Positions 24,637 to 33,090 of a DNA stretch of 48,819 nt are shown here, in pieces (position 1 is the first letter of the stretch; each line of letters begins with the position of its first letter). The position numbers and the translations under genes are program-made. Under the pieces are notes generated by a model that saw nothing but the letters and a program-made list of their open reading frames with translations, ran no database searches and was not told the DNA's origin. The DNA is from Candidatus Levyibacteriota bacterium (lineage in GTDB: Bacteria > Patescibacteriota > Microgenomatia > Levybacterales > UBA12049): NCBI GenBank assembly GCA_003152105.1, contig PLZJ01000004.1, positions 1 through 48,819 on the forward strand, in the 5' to 3' direction.

Positions 24637-25790
24637 TGCTTATGCTATTTTCAATGGTTGGTGGAGGATTATTAACAGTTATTCTTTTTATTATACTTCT
24701 TAGTGTTTTAGTATTAATTCATGAATTTGGTCATTTTATTGTCGCAAAACGACTAGGCATTAAAGTTGAAGAATTTGGATTTGGATTTCCACCTCGAGCA
24801 ATTGGTAAAAAATGGGGAGAAACTATTTATTCAATTAACTGGTTGCCGTTTGGAGGCTTTGTTAAACTATATGGTGAAGACGAAGCAGGCGCAGGTAGAA
24901 TTACACTATCTTCAAAAAATACAATTAAGGCAAAGGATAGTGACAGAGCATTTTATAGTAGACCTACTTGGCAGAAAGCGTCAGTTGTCATTGCAGGAGT
25001 AATAATGAATTATCTGTTAGCACTTGGGATATTTTCATATTTAGCTGCTGCACAAGGAGTTATACAGGCAGGTAATGTTATAACGGTAGCTCAGGTTGAG
25101 AAGAATTCACCAGCTGATACTGCTGGTATAAAACCATCTGATAAGATAATCGCAATTGATGGAGAAAAAATTTCGAGTGCTGACATGCTCATATCTCTAG
25201 TTAAACAGCATGCAGGGAGTCCTGTAAAAGTTTCAGTAGAAACTGTCAACAGACAATTAAATACGGTTACGCTTATTCCTCGAACGAAAGTTTCTAAAAA
25301 TCAAGGAGCCATGGGTGTTGCATTAACCTCTAATGCCAAGCTAGTTAAATACTCAGGTTTTGGTGCCATTAAAGAAGGATTTGTGCAAACAGGTACATTA
25401 ACGGTCTTAACACTTTCAGGACTAAAGACTGCAGTAGGACAAGCTCTTAATAAACAATTTCCACAAGGAGTAGCTGGTCCATTTGGGATAGTTAGATTAA
25501 CAGGTGTTGCTGAACAATATGGTTTTTATGCAGTATTGTCATTAGTTGGCATTTTATCTTTAACTCTAGCGCTGTTTAATATATTTCCTATTCCTGCATT
25601 AGATGGAGGTAGATTATTTTTCATTTTACTTGATGGAATAGCATATTTGCTCTTCAAAAAAAATATAAGTCCTAGAATTGAAGCAGTAATAAATCCTATC
25701 GCGTTTGCACTCCTTATAGCGCTTATAATATTAATTACATTTCACGATATATATTCCTGGGCTACCGGGCAACCATTAATTCCACAATAA
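24636..25790 (+). CDS. rseP: RseP/RIP-type site-2 metalloprotease (M50) with a PDZ domain
   Basis: HEFGHF zinc motif and FNIFPIPALDGG motif, with a PDZ-like segment between the TM helices. TAATG overlap with frr. Confidence 0.85.
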   Translation: MLMLFSMVGGGLLTVILFIILLSVLVLIHEFGHFIVAKRLGIKVEEFGFGFPPRAIGKKWGETIYSINWLPFGGFVKLYGEDEAGAGRITLSSKNTIKAKDSDRAFYSRPTWQKASVVIAGVIMNYLLALGIFSYLAAAQGVIQAGNVITVAQVEKNSPADTAGIKPSDKIIAIDGEKISSADMLISLVKQHAGSPVKVSVETVNRQLNTVTLIPRTKVSKNQGAMGVALTSNAKLVKYSGFGAIKEGFVQTGTLTVLTLSGLKTAVGQALNKQFPQGVAGPFGIVRLTGVAEQYGFYAVLSLVGILSLTLALFNIFPIPALDGGRLFFILLDGIAYLLFKKNISPRIEAVINPIAFALLIALIILITFHDIYSWATGQPLIPQ

Positions 25791-25792
25791 TA

Positions 25793-26545
25793 ATGGAGAA
25801 CATATTCTCTCATTCATTAGGAAAAGCATCTCAAACAATTAAAGGTCTTGCTATCTATAACGCTAGTTCTGAGGAATTGGGAATTGCACTTGCTAAAGAA
25901 GCGTTGTACTATTTTGTAGATAAAAATTCATTATTATTTATCTCAGGTGGAAAAACTCCTAAAAAATTGTACGAAATATTAGTAAATGAAAAAAAACTGA
26001 GAGCTGGTGCAGTAGCTATGGTTGATGAACGTTATGGACCCATCATGCACAAGGATAGTAATGAAAAAATGATTCAAGATTCAGGATTTATAACTTACTT
26101 AAAGAGTATGCACATTCCATTTTACCCTGTTTTAGAAAAAGCTAAAAATAGAATAGGAGTTGCGAGAGATTATGATTCAACAATTACTTCATTATTTAAA
26201 ACGTATAAAAAAAGGATAGGATTATTTGGAATTGGCGTAGATGGTCATACAGCGGGAATTATCCCAAATAGGAGTGACTTTAAAAACCCGATTTTTACAG
26301 ACCAGAATAGGAAATTAGTAGGAGAATTTAATGATAAAGCAAGTAGCTATAAAGAGAGAATTACCATAACTCCATTGGCTATAGAGAAAATGGATTATTG
26401 CGTATTGTTGACACTTGGAAAAGAAAAGAAAGAGACGTTAGGTAAACTATTTGAAGATCTATCTATAGAAACAATACCTTCACGCATCTTTTTAAGGCCA
26501 TCGTTAGTACGTAAAACTATACTTATCACAGATCAGGTCATATAA
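25793..26545 (+). CDS. pgl: 6-phosphogluconolactonase
   Basis: SGGKTPKKLY, VDERYG and GIGVDGHTAGIIP motifs of the Pgl/NagB family. It sits directly upstream of zwf. Confidence 0.75.
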   Translation: MENIFSHSLGKASQTIKGLAIYNASSEELGIALAKEALYYFVDKNSLLFISGGKTPKKLYEILVNEKKLRAGAVAMVDERYGPIMHKDSNEKMIQDSGFITYLKSMHIPFYPVLEKAKNRIGVARDYDSTITSLFKTYKKRIGLFGIGVDGHTAGIIPNRSDFKNPIFTDQNRKLVGEFNDKASSYKERITITPLAIEKMDYCVLLTLGKEKKETLGKLFEDLSIETIPSRIFLRPSLVRKTILITDQVI

Positions 26546-26582
26546 TTGTAACTGGCCGCTTTTCTTTTTAGCATTGTGAAGA

Positions 26583-26588
26583 TATAAT
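26583..26588 (+). promoter_or_regulatory. -10 box TATAAT 7 nt upstream of the zwf ATG
   Basis: gaTATAAT-ccttata-ATG at 26596; no SD. Confidence 0.4.
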
Positions 26589-26595
26589 CCTTATA

Positions 26596-28041
26596 ATGTT
26601 GCAATTTATAACTCCTAAAACTCCTTTCGTAATGGTAATTTTTGGAGCTACGGGGGATCTGAGTAAAAATAAACTTCTTCCTGCTATGTTTTCATTATAT
26701 AAGCAAAATTTGCTACCTGACGATTTTTATATTATAGGTTTTGCAAGGAGAGAGTTTAGCGATGAAGCATTCAGAAGCCTATTTACAAAGCTTAGCAAAG
26801 ATGATAAATGGGAATCTTTTGCGGCACATTTAAGATACCAGCAAGGGAATTTTGAACAGGTCGAAGGATATGATAAATTAATCCAAGTATTAAATGGACT
26901 AGATAAGAAGATCGGAGCCTGTATTACCAGACTTTTTTATCTAGCTACACCTCCGGTACATTATGAAATAATTTTACATTTCCTCCTTGTTACTAAACTT
27001 TCTGAAGGATGCGGGCAGGGGAGCAGTAAGTGGACTAGGTTGGTAATTGAAAAACCATTTGGTAAAGATCTTGAAACTGCTCGTTCGTTAGACGCAAAGC
27101 TTAGTACTATTTTTGAAGAAAAACAAATTTTCCGAGTAGATCATTATCTCGCTAAAGAAACTGTACAGAATATGATAGCATTCAGATTTGCGAACGGAAT
27201 TTTTGAACCGATATGGAATAAGGAATTTATTGATCATGTACAAATTACATGGGCTGAAACAAAAGGCGTTGAAGGGAGAGGTGAATTTTGGGAAGGCGTA
27301 GGACTTATGAGAGATGTAGTTCAAAATCATCTTATGCAATTAACAGCTGCCGTTGCCATGGAACAACCAAAAAGTTTTACAAAAGAAGATGTTCGAGATG
27401 CCAGGGCAAATGCCATAAAAGCTATAGAATGCATAACTCCAAATGAGGTTAGAAATAGAGTTATTAGGGGGCAATATATTGGGTATAAAAATGAACCAAA
27501 AGTGGCTGAAAATTCATTAATAGAGACATTTATTGCCTTTCAGTTTTTTGTTAATACTCCGCGCTTTAAAGATGTTCCTTTCTACGTTAGAGCTGGTAAA
27601 AAGATGGAGAAAGATACAGTAGAAATATCACTAGTATTTAAACAAACTTGCCATATTTTATTTAAAGAATATGGTTGTCCGGAGATAGGGAATGTATTAA
27701 CAATTCGAATTCAGCCTAATGAAGGTATAACCTTACGCGTAATAGCAAAAAAACCAGGGACAAAAGTGGCGCTTTCACCAATTGAAATGAATTTCTCATA
27801 TAAAAATGAATTCGGTGAAATTGTTGTAGATGCTTATGAAAAATTACTGCTTGATATATTAACGGGAGATCAGATGTTATTTAATCGTTCAGATGAATTA
27901 GATAGTAGTTGGCAATTTATTACAAATATTTTGGAAGGGTGGAAAGATCACAGTATTCCTATATTTACCTATGAAAGTGGAACATGGGGACCAGAGCAAG
28001 GAATGAAACTTATTAGTAAAGAAGGGAGGAATTGGCTTTGA
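26596..28041 (+). CDS. zwf: Glucose-6-phosphate 1-dehydrogenase
   Basis: IFGATGDLSKNKLLPA dinucleotide motif and the RVDHYLAKE active-site box. Confidence 0.9.
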   Translation: MLQFITPKTPFVMVIFGATGDLSKNKLLPAMFSLYKQNLLPDDFYIIGFARREFSDEAFRSLFTKLSKDDKWESFAAHLRYQQGNFEQVEGYDKLIQVLNGLDKKIGACITRLFYLATPPVHYEIILHFLLVTKLSEGCGQGSSKWTRLVIEKPFGKDLETARSLDAKLSTIFEEKQIFRVDHYLAKETVQNMIAFRFANGIFEPIWNKEFIDHVQITWAETKGVEGRGEFWEGVGLMRDVVQNHLMQLTAAVAMEQPKSFTKEDVRDARANAIKAIECITPNEVRNRVIRGQYIGYKNEPKVAENSLIETFIAFQFFVNTPRFKDVPFYVRAGKKMEKDTVEISLVFKQTCHILFKEYGCPEIGNVLTIRIQPNEGITLRVIAKKPGTKVALSPIEMNFSYKNEFGEIVVDAYEKLLLDILTGDQMLFNRSDELDSSWQFITNILEGWKDHSIPIFTYESGTWGPEQGMKLISKEGRNWL

Positions 28042-28979
28042 AGTTAGGATTTTTAGGATTAGGAAAAATGGGGAGTCGTATGGTTGAGAAACTTCTTCAA
28101 GATGGTCATGAGGTAGTTGTATGGAATAGAACTGCGTCTATAACTGATGAGTTCGTTGCTATCATGAGTGAGAAAGGATATTCGAAACATTTAACATTTG
28201 TGTATGAAATTGCTGAATTTCCAAAGCTTCTTACAAGTCCCAGAATTTTTTGGTTAATGCTTCCAGCAGGTAATCCAACCAAAGAAGCTTTTGAAAACGT
28301 CCTTCTTTTTTCAGGTAAAAATGACATTCTCATTGATGGTGGTAATGCATATTTTAAAGATTCAGAAGTAAGATATCGTGTTCTTCAAGAAAGCGGAATT
28401 CTATATCTAGGAATTGGCGTTTCAGGAGGGATAATAGCTGAAAAACAAGGTTATCCGTTAATGGTGGGAGGTAATGAAAGTGCGTATAAGGCAGTTTTGC
28501 CTATACTTAAAACATTAGCAAAGCCTTTTGGAGGATATTCTTATCTTGGACAAGGGGGCGTGGGTCATTTTGTAAAAATGGTTCATAATGGAATCGAATA
28601 TGGGATGATGCAAGCAATTGGAGAGGGGTTTGGGGTTATTGAAAAATCTCCCTATAAAGTAAATCTATTATCTGTTTCACAAATATGGCAAGAAGGTAGT
28701 ATTATATCTGGCTTTTTGCTTGATCGAGCAACGGAGACATTAGAAAAGGATCCATTACTTTCAAATGTAAACGGAATCATAGATTCTGCAAGTCTTGACG
28801 CGGTTTGGACTGTTGATCAAGCGAAAACGGAAGAAGTACCCATCGGAATTATTGAGCAATCAGTACAATTTCGTAAACTTTCTCAAACAGACGTAGCTAT
28901 TCAAAATTCATTTGCTGCGAAAATGGTGGCTTCAATGCGTAATGAATTTGGCGGACATGGTATTAAAGAAAAAAAATAG
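28038..28979 (+). CDS. gnd: 6-phosphogluconate dehydrogenase, short (decarboxylating, Gnd-like) form
   Basis: GFLGLGKMG, GVSGG and GHFVKMVHNGIEYGMMQAIGEG motifs. The preferred start is TTG at 28038 (MKLGFLGLGKMG), 7 nt after GGAGG and overlapping the zwf stop (TTGA). The ORF track starts at 28032. Confidence 0.8.
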   Translation: MKLGFLGLGKMGSRMVEKLLQDGHEVVVWNRTASITDEFVAIMSEKGYSKHLTFVYEIAEFPKLLTSPRIFWLMLPAGNPTKEAFENVLLFSGKNDILIDGGNAYFKDSEVRYRVLQESGILYLGIGVSGGIIAEKQGYPLMVGGNESAYKAVLPILKTLAKPFGGYSYLGQGGVGHFVKMVHNGIEYGMMQAIGEGFGVIEKSPYKVNLLSVSQIWQEGSIISGFLLDRATETLEKDPLLSNVNGIIDSASLDAVWTVDQAKTEEVPIGIIEQSVQFRKLSQTDVAIQNSFAAKMVASMRNEFGGHGIKEKK

Positions 28980-29013
28980 CCACCTGGTTTATATATTAGT
29001 AGCCGTATAAATA

Positions 29014-29022
29014 TGCTATACT
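29014..29022 (+). promoter_or_regulatory. Extended -10 (TGcTATACT) 6 nt upstream of the proS ATG
   Basis: aaTGCTATACT-cattcc-ATG at 29029; no SD. Confidence 0.5.
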
Positions 29023-29028
29023 CATTCC

Positions 29029-30246
29029 ATGAAATACTCTAAGATTTTTAGCAAAACTTCTAAACAACCCCCAAAAGAAGCAGATACAATTAACCATCGT
29101 TTATTAACTCAAGCAGGTTATGTTGATCAGCTTATGGCAGGAGTATATAGTTATTTGCCACTTGGATTAAAGGTACTTAACAAGATCGAAAATATTGTTA
29201 GAGAAGAAATGGTAGCAATCGGTGGTCAGGAAATATTAATGCCTATTTTACATCCAAAAACAAATTGGGAAATAACAGGAGGATGGCAAAGTATTGATGT
29301 GTTATTTAAAGTAAAATCAAGAATTGATAAAGAATATGCTTTAGGACAATCTGAAGAAGAAGTGGTCACGCCACTAGTTCTAGGTAGAGTGAAGTCGTAC
29401 CATCAGCTTCCTATTGCTGTATTTCAAATTCATTGGAAGTATCGCGACGAACTTCGTGCCAAGTCAGGAATTTTACGAGGGAGAGAATTTTATATGAAAG
29501 ATATGTATAGTTTTCATGAAACACAGGAAGATTTTCAAGTGTTTTACGAGGTTGCAAAAAAGGCATACCTAAAGATTTTTAAGAGACTTGGATTAACAGC
29601 AAAAGTTACAGAAGCATCTGGAGGAAGTTTTTCAAAAAAAATTAGTTATGAATTCATGGTGCTTACTGATGCAGGGGAAGATGACATTCTTTACTGTTCA
29701 GAATGTGATTATTGTGTAAATGTAGAAATTGCTAAAGAAAAGAGCCAAGATGAATGTAAAATGTGCCATAAAGGGAAATTAATGATTGCACGAGCTTCAG
29801 AAGTAGGAAACGTTTTTGATTTGGGACAAAAGTATGCAAAGGATTTTAATTTATCTTTTACCGATAAGGAAGGGAATAAGCAATTCGCATTTGAAGGATG
29901 TTATGGGATAGGTATATCAAGAATAATGGGTGTTATTGTCGAAAAATTTCATGATAAAGATGGGATCATCTGGCCAGAATCAGTAGCGCCTTTTCAAGTA
30001 CATCTAATTTCAATTGGTTCTGACGCAGAATCGTTATATAAAGAACTTTGTGATGCGGGTATTTCAGTGTTATATGATGATCGCGAAATAGCAGTTGGTC
30101 AAAAACTTGCAGATGCAGACTTACTTGGAATGCCAATACGACTTATCTTAAGTGATAAAAATAATGGTAAAATTGAATTGAAAAAAAGAACAGAAGAAAA
30201 AGTGGAACTACTGACAAAGTCTGATCTCCTTATGCGTTTACATTAA
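29029..30246 (+). CDS. proS: Prolyl-tRNA synthetase, bacterial type but lacking the INS editing domain (405 aa)
   Basis: HRLLTQAGYVDQLMAGVYSYLPLG; motif 2 YRDELRAKSGILRGREFYMKDMYSF; motif 3 GCYGIGISR. Where INS normally sits there is only CSECDYCVNVEIAKEKSQDECKMCHKG. Confidence 0.85.
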   Translation: MKYSKIFSKTSKQPPKEADTINHRLLTQAGYVDQLMAGVYSYLPLGLKVLNKIENIVREEMVAIGGQEILMPILHPKTNWEITGGWQSIDVLFKVKSRIDKEYALGQSEEEVVTPLVLGRVKSYHQLPIAVFQIHWKYRDELRAKSGILRGREFYMKDMYSFHETQEDFQVFYEVAKKAYLKIFKRLGLTAKVTEASGGSFSKKISYEFMVLTDAGEDDILYCSECDYCVNVEIAKEKSQDECKMCHKGKLMIARASEVGNVFDLGQKYAKDFNLSFTDKEGNKQFAFEGCYGIGISRIMGVIVEKFHDKDGIIWPESVAPFQVHLISIGSDAESLYKELCDAGISVLYDDREIAVGQKLADADLLGMPIRLILSDKNNGKIELKKRTEEKVELLTKSDLLMRLH

Positions 30247-30472
30247 AAAAAGGAATGCTAACGTGGAAATAGTAAATCCAAAATATAGTGTAACCTACTA
30301 CAGCTGCTAAAATTATTAGTGAGATCAAAATAACTTTCATTTTAATGCCTTTATTTTCGTTTATTACTGCATGGTTAACTTCACGTGATGTTTGTTGATT
30401 AACAAGATTTGGGCTTATAGGTTTTCCCATTACTTTTTCATATGCTTCTTTTAATTTTGGATCAACATCCAT
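30230..30472 (-). CDS. Possible small single-pass membrane protein (80 aa)
   Basis: It is the only ORF in a 320-nt gap and has one TM helix (VILISLIILAAVVGYTIFWIYYF). It overlaps the proS 3' end by 17 nt. Confidence 0.35.
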   Translation of the reverse strand: MDVDPKLKEAYEKVMGKPISPNLVNQQTSREVNHAVINENKGIKMKVILISLIILAAVVGYTIFWIYYFHVSIPFFNVNA

Positions 30473-30530
30473 ACTATTTTATAATCGTTGATTTATGCTT
30501 AAATGTCAACCGTACTAAGGTAATTTTACT

Positions 30531-30559
30531 TTGATTTTTATACATATTCTCTGTATACT
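30531..30559 (+). promoter_or_regulatory. Promoter abutting the DHH-family gene start
   Basis: TTGATT (30531-30536), 17 nt, TATACT (30554-30559), then 6 nt to the ATG at 30566. Confidence 0.45.
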
Positions 30560-30565
30560 ACTGGC

Positions 30566-31459
30566 ATGAGAATAATCGTAACGCACACCTCTCCTGATAT
30601 GGATGCAATTACCTCAGTGTGGCTACTAATGAGATATTTACCTGGTTGGAATGAGGCACAGATTGAATATATTCCAGCTGGGGAAAGAAAACTCCCGCAT
30701 AGTGAAGACATTATTCAAATCCACAATGGCGCTTCATATATCCACGTAGATACAGGTCTTGGTCCTTTAGATCATCATCAAACATCTGATCAAAATGTTT
30801 GTGCAGCGAGTAGGACCTGGGATTATGTAAAAAAACAAATTGAAAATACATCGTCGAAGTTAACTGACGAGAAAATTGCTGCAATTAATCGAATTGTTTC
30901 TTTAGTTGTACAGATTGATCATTTTAAAGAGATTTTTTGGGGAGATGCATTTGCTGATTATCAAGAATTTACTATTGTTAGTATTTTGGAAGGATTAAAG
31001 ATTCAGTTCCCAAATAATGATAAAAAATACAGTGAGTTTATAATGGAGTGTTTAGATGCAATACTACATCAATTTGAAAACAGGATTTGGACTGAAAATG
31101 AAATTAAAAATAAAGGCATACATTTTAAAACAAGATGGGGTAAAGGTCTTGCTTTTGAGACAATAAATGATAATGTTATTAAGCTTTCACAGAGATTGGG
31201 CTATGCATTAGTTGTTCGTAAAGATCCAAGAAAGGGGTATATAAGAATAAAGGGGCGTCCTTTTGAAGCAACGAATAAAAATGTTCAGAATGTCGACTTG
31301 ACGCTCGCCTACGAGCAGTTTAAAAAAATAGATCCAAAAGCAACTTGGTTTTTGCATGCTGGCAAAAAAATGCTTTTAAATGGTACAGCTAAAAATCCGA
31401 GCATGGTACCAACTTCATTAAAAATTGAAGAAATAGTATCTGTTTTAGAGAAATTATAA
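30566..31459 (+). CDS. DHH-family phosphoesterase-like protein (NrnA-like)
   Basis: IVTHTSPDMDAITS (DHH motif I/II style) and VDTGLGPLDHHQ (DHH motif III). Confidence 0.5.
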   Translation: MRIIVTHTSPDMDAITSVWLLMRYLPGWNEAQIEYIPAGERKLPHSEDIIQIHNGASYIHVDTGLGPLDHHQTSDQNVCAASRTWDYVKKQIENTSSKLTDEKIAAINRIVSLVVQIDHFKEIFWGDAFADYQEFTIVSILEGLKIQFPNNDKKYSEFIMECLDAILHQFENRIWTENEIKNKGIHFKTRWGKGLAFETINDNVIKLSQRLGYALVVRKDPRKGYIRIKGRPFEATNKNVQNVDLTLAYEQFKKIDPKATWFLHAGKKMLLNGTAKNPSMVPTSLKIEEIVSVLEKL

Positions 31460-31481
31460 AAGTCAAAATACATAAAAAGGG

Positions 31482-31511
31482 TTGACAAAGTAATCTATAT
31501 TCTGGTAGCGT
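31482..31511 (+). promoter_or_regulatory. Promoter abutting the S/A/P/E-rich ORF
   Basis: TTGACA (31482-31487), 18 nt, TGg-TAGCGT (31503-31511), then 7 nt to the ATG at 31519. Confidence 0.4.
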
Positions 31512-31518
31512 TAAATAT

Positions 31519-32283
31519 ATGTTTAATTTGTTTGGAAATCGAGATGATGACGTAAAAAATGAATTGGGAGGTATTGAAACAACTACTGTGCCACCTGTTG
31601 CTACAAATGCAGGCGAAAGTAGTAGTGTAATTCAGGATTCAAGCGCCGCCGCAGCACCTACCAACTTAGAAGCTTCACTTGGACAACCTGGAAGTATTGG
31701 GCATATTCCAAACGAACCAGTGGGTTCTAGTTTAAGTAGCGAAACAGGAGCACTTTCAAGTGATGTTCCCGCACCAGAAAAATCTCAATTTGAAACACAT
31801 TTGACAGGTGATTCTGCTTCTAGTGAAAATCATACGTTTGGTGCAGCAGAACTTGCACCTATGGCTCCATATAGTGACGCACAAACAAAGCCTCCAATTG
31901 ATGGGTCAGAAATTCAAGCTCCAGCTTTTAGCGTTCATTTAGATGCATCAGCTGCAGCGAAGGAAGAATCTCCTTTTCCTCAATCAGCAACTGCTATAGA
32001 AACGCCTCTTGCAGAACAAACAGACAAGACTTCAGAAGAAGTAGCTTCAACTGAAAAGCCTGCATCTATGGACAAACAACAAATTGTTGATACGTTGGTT
32101 AGATTTGGTACTAATATGCAAACAAGTATGAGGGGACTTGCAGAAAGCTTAGGAGTTTTGCATGAGTATGAAGAAAGTTCATCTACGAATTCACAAATGC
32201 CTGGCTTAACAGGAGTTGAAAATACTCCCGTTTCAAATGCTTCTGCTCCTTCAGACCAAGTTGCGTCAGTTCCAACCGCCTAA
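31519..32283 (+). CDS. Acidic Ser/Ala/Pro/Glu-rich low-complexity protein (254 aa)
   Basis: A 765-nt open frame in stop-rich DNA, with no TM helix or signal peptide. The only ordered-looking segment is near the C-terminus (QQIVDTLVRFGTNMQTSMRGLAESLGVLHEYEE). Confidence 0.55.
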   Translation: MFNLFGNRDDDVKNELGGIETTTVPPVATNAGESSSVIQDSSAAAAPTNLEASLGQPGSIGHIPNEPVGSSLSSETGALSSDVPAPEKSQFETHLTGDSASSENHTFGAAELAPMAPYSDAQTKPPIDGSEIQAPAFSVHLDASAAAKEESPFPQSATAIETPLAEQTDKTSEEVASTEKPASMDKQQIVDTLVRFGTNMQTSMRGLAESLGVLHEYEESSSTNSQMPGLTGVENTPVSNASAPSDQVASVPTA

Positions 32284-32323
32284 ATTTATAAGTTAACGCA
32301 ATGTATAAATGATGTTACCGCGC

Positions 32324-32352
32324 TTTACAAGTCTCTTGCTATGAGCTACAAT
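32324..32352 (+). promoter_or_regulatory. Candidate promoter of rpsU-ybeY
   Basis: TTTACA (32324-32329), 17 nt, TACAAT (32347-32352). A TTGCTATGAG box at 32335-32344 is an alternative. A strong SD AAGGAGGAGGTG lies at 32384-32395. Confidence 0.45.
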
Positions 32353-32402
32353 GAGACTGCCTTTTGGGTAAAATATAAAGGTTAAGGAGGAGGTGTTTAT
32401 TT

Positions 32403-32585
32403 ATGGTAGTTGTTAAAAAAATGCCAGGAGATAGTGATGATGCTCTTATTCGTAAGTTTCAACGAAAAGTTATGAATGAAGGTATAATAATGGAAGCAAA
32501 ACGTCGTCAAGCATACCTTAAGCCATCTCTTGCAAAAAAAGAAAAAGCAAAAGAAGCACAAAGAATGAGAAAAAGGGCAATGTAA
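32403..32585 (+). CDS. rpsU: 30S ribosomal protein S21
   Basis: 60 aa and basic. ALIRKFQRKV...EAKRRQAYLKPS is the typical S21 pattern. Confidence 0.9.
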   Translation: MVVVKKMPGDSDDALIRKFQRKVMNEGIIMEAKRRQAYLKPSLAKKEKAKEAQRMRKRAM

Positions 32586-32586
32586 T

Positions 32587-32982
32587 ATGGCAGGTTCTGA
32601 TAAGAATATCGAGGTATTATTATTTGTTGAAAGTAGATACAAAGTTAATAGAAAGCGCATTAAGTCCACTGTAGTATCATTTTTACAAAAACAAGGAATT
32701 CAAGGTCCAGCAGAAGTTTCTGTTGCTATTGTGGGAGATCGGAAAATGAGATCCCTTAATAAAAAGCATAGAAGCTTAGATAAAACAACAAATGTACTTT
32801 CATTTTCCCTAGTTGAAGGAGAATCCACTAATTTACCAGGAAATATATTAAGACTTGGGGATATTGTAATCTCATTTCCACAGGTTATTAGAGAGTCTGC
32901 AGCAGAGGATAAATTAGTTGATGATAAAATTGATGAACTTTTAATGCATAGTTCTTTGCATCTGCTTGGTGTTCATCATTAA
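32587..32982 (+). CDS. ybeY: rRNA maturation endoribonuclease YbeY (short, 131 aa)
   Basis: TNVLSF, LGDIVIS and the zinc triad HSSLHLLGVHH (H-x3-H-x5-H). The protein ends right at the third His. Confidence 0.8.
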   Translation: MAGSDKNIEVLLFVESRYKVNRKRIKSTVVSFLQKQGIQGPAEVSVAIVGDRKMRSLNKKHRSLDKTTNVLSFSLVEGESTNLPGNILRLGDIVISFPQVIRESAAEDKLVDDKIDELLMHSSLHLLGVHH

Positions 32983-33090
32983 TGACAGGATGTACCTAGA
33001 ATAAGCTGCTTTGTTTTTCACAAATATAATCAAATTGATATGCTGTAAAGAAAATAAGCAGCAAGTTGTACCTGATAACTAATTTTACGT

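Noticed and set aside
32983-33090. Possible SRP (4.5S) RNA upstream of dnaX, as in the ffs-dnaX-ybaB-recR arrangement of some bacteria.
   Set aside because: Only a 7-bp stem (GCTGCTT/AAGCAGC) with a 44-nt AT-rich loop is present. There is no domain IV-like symmetric/asymmetric loop motif or GNAR tetraloop.
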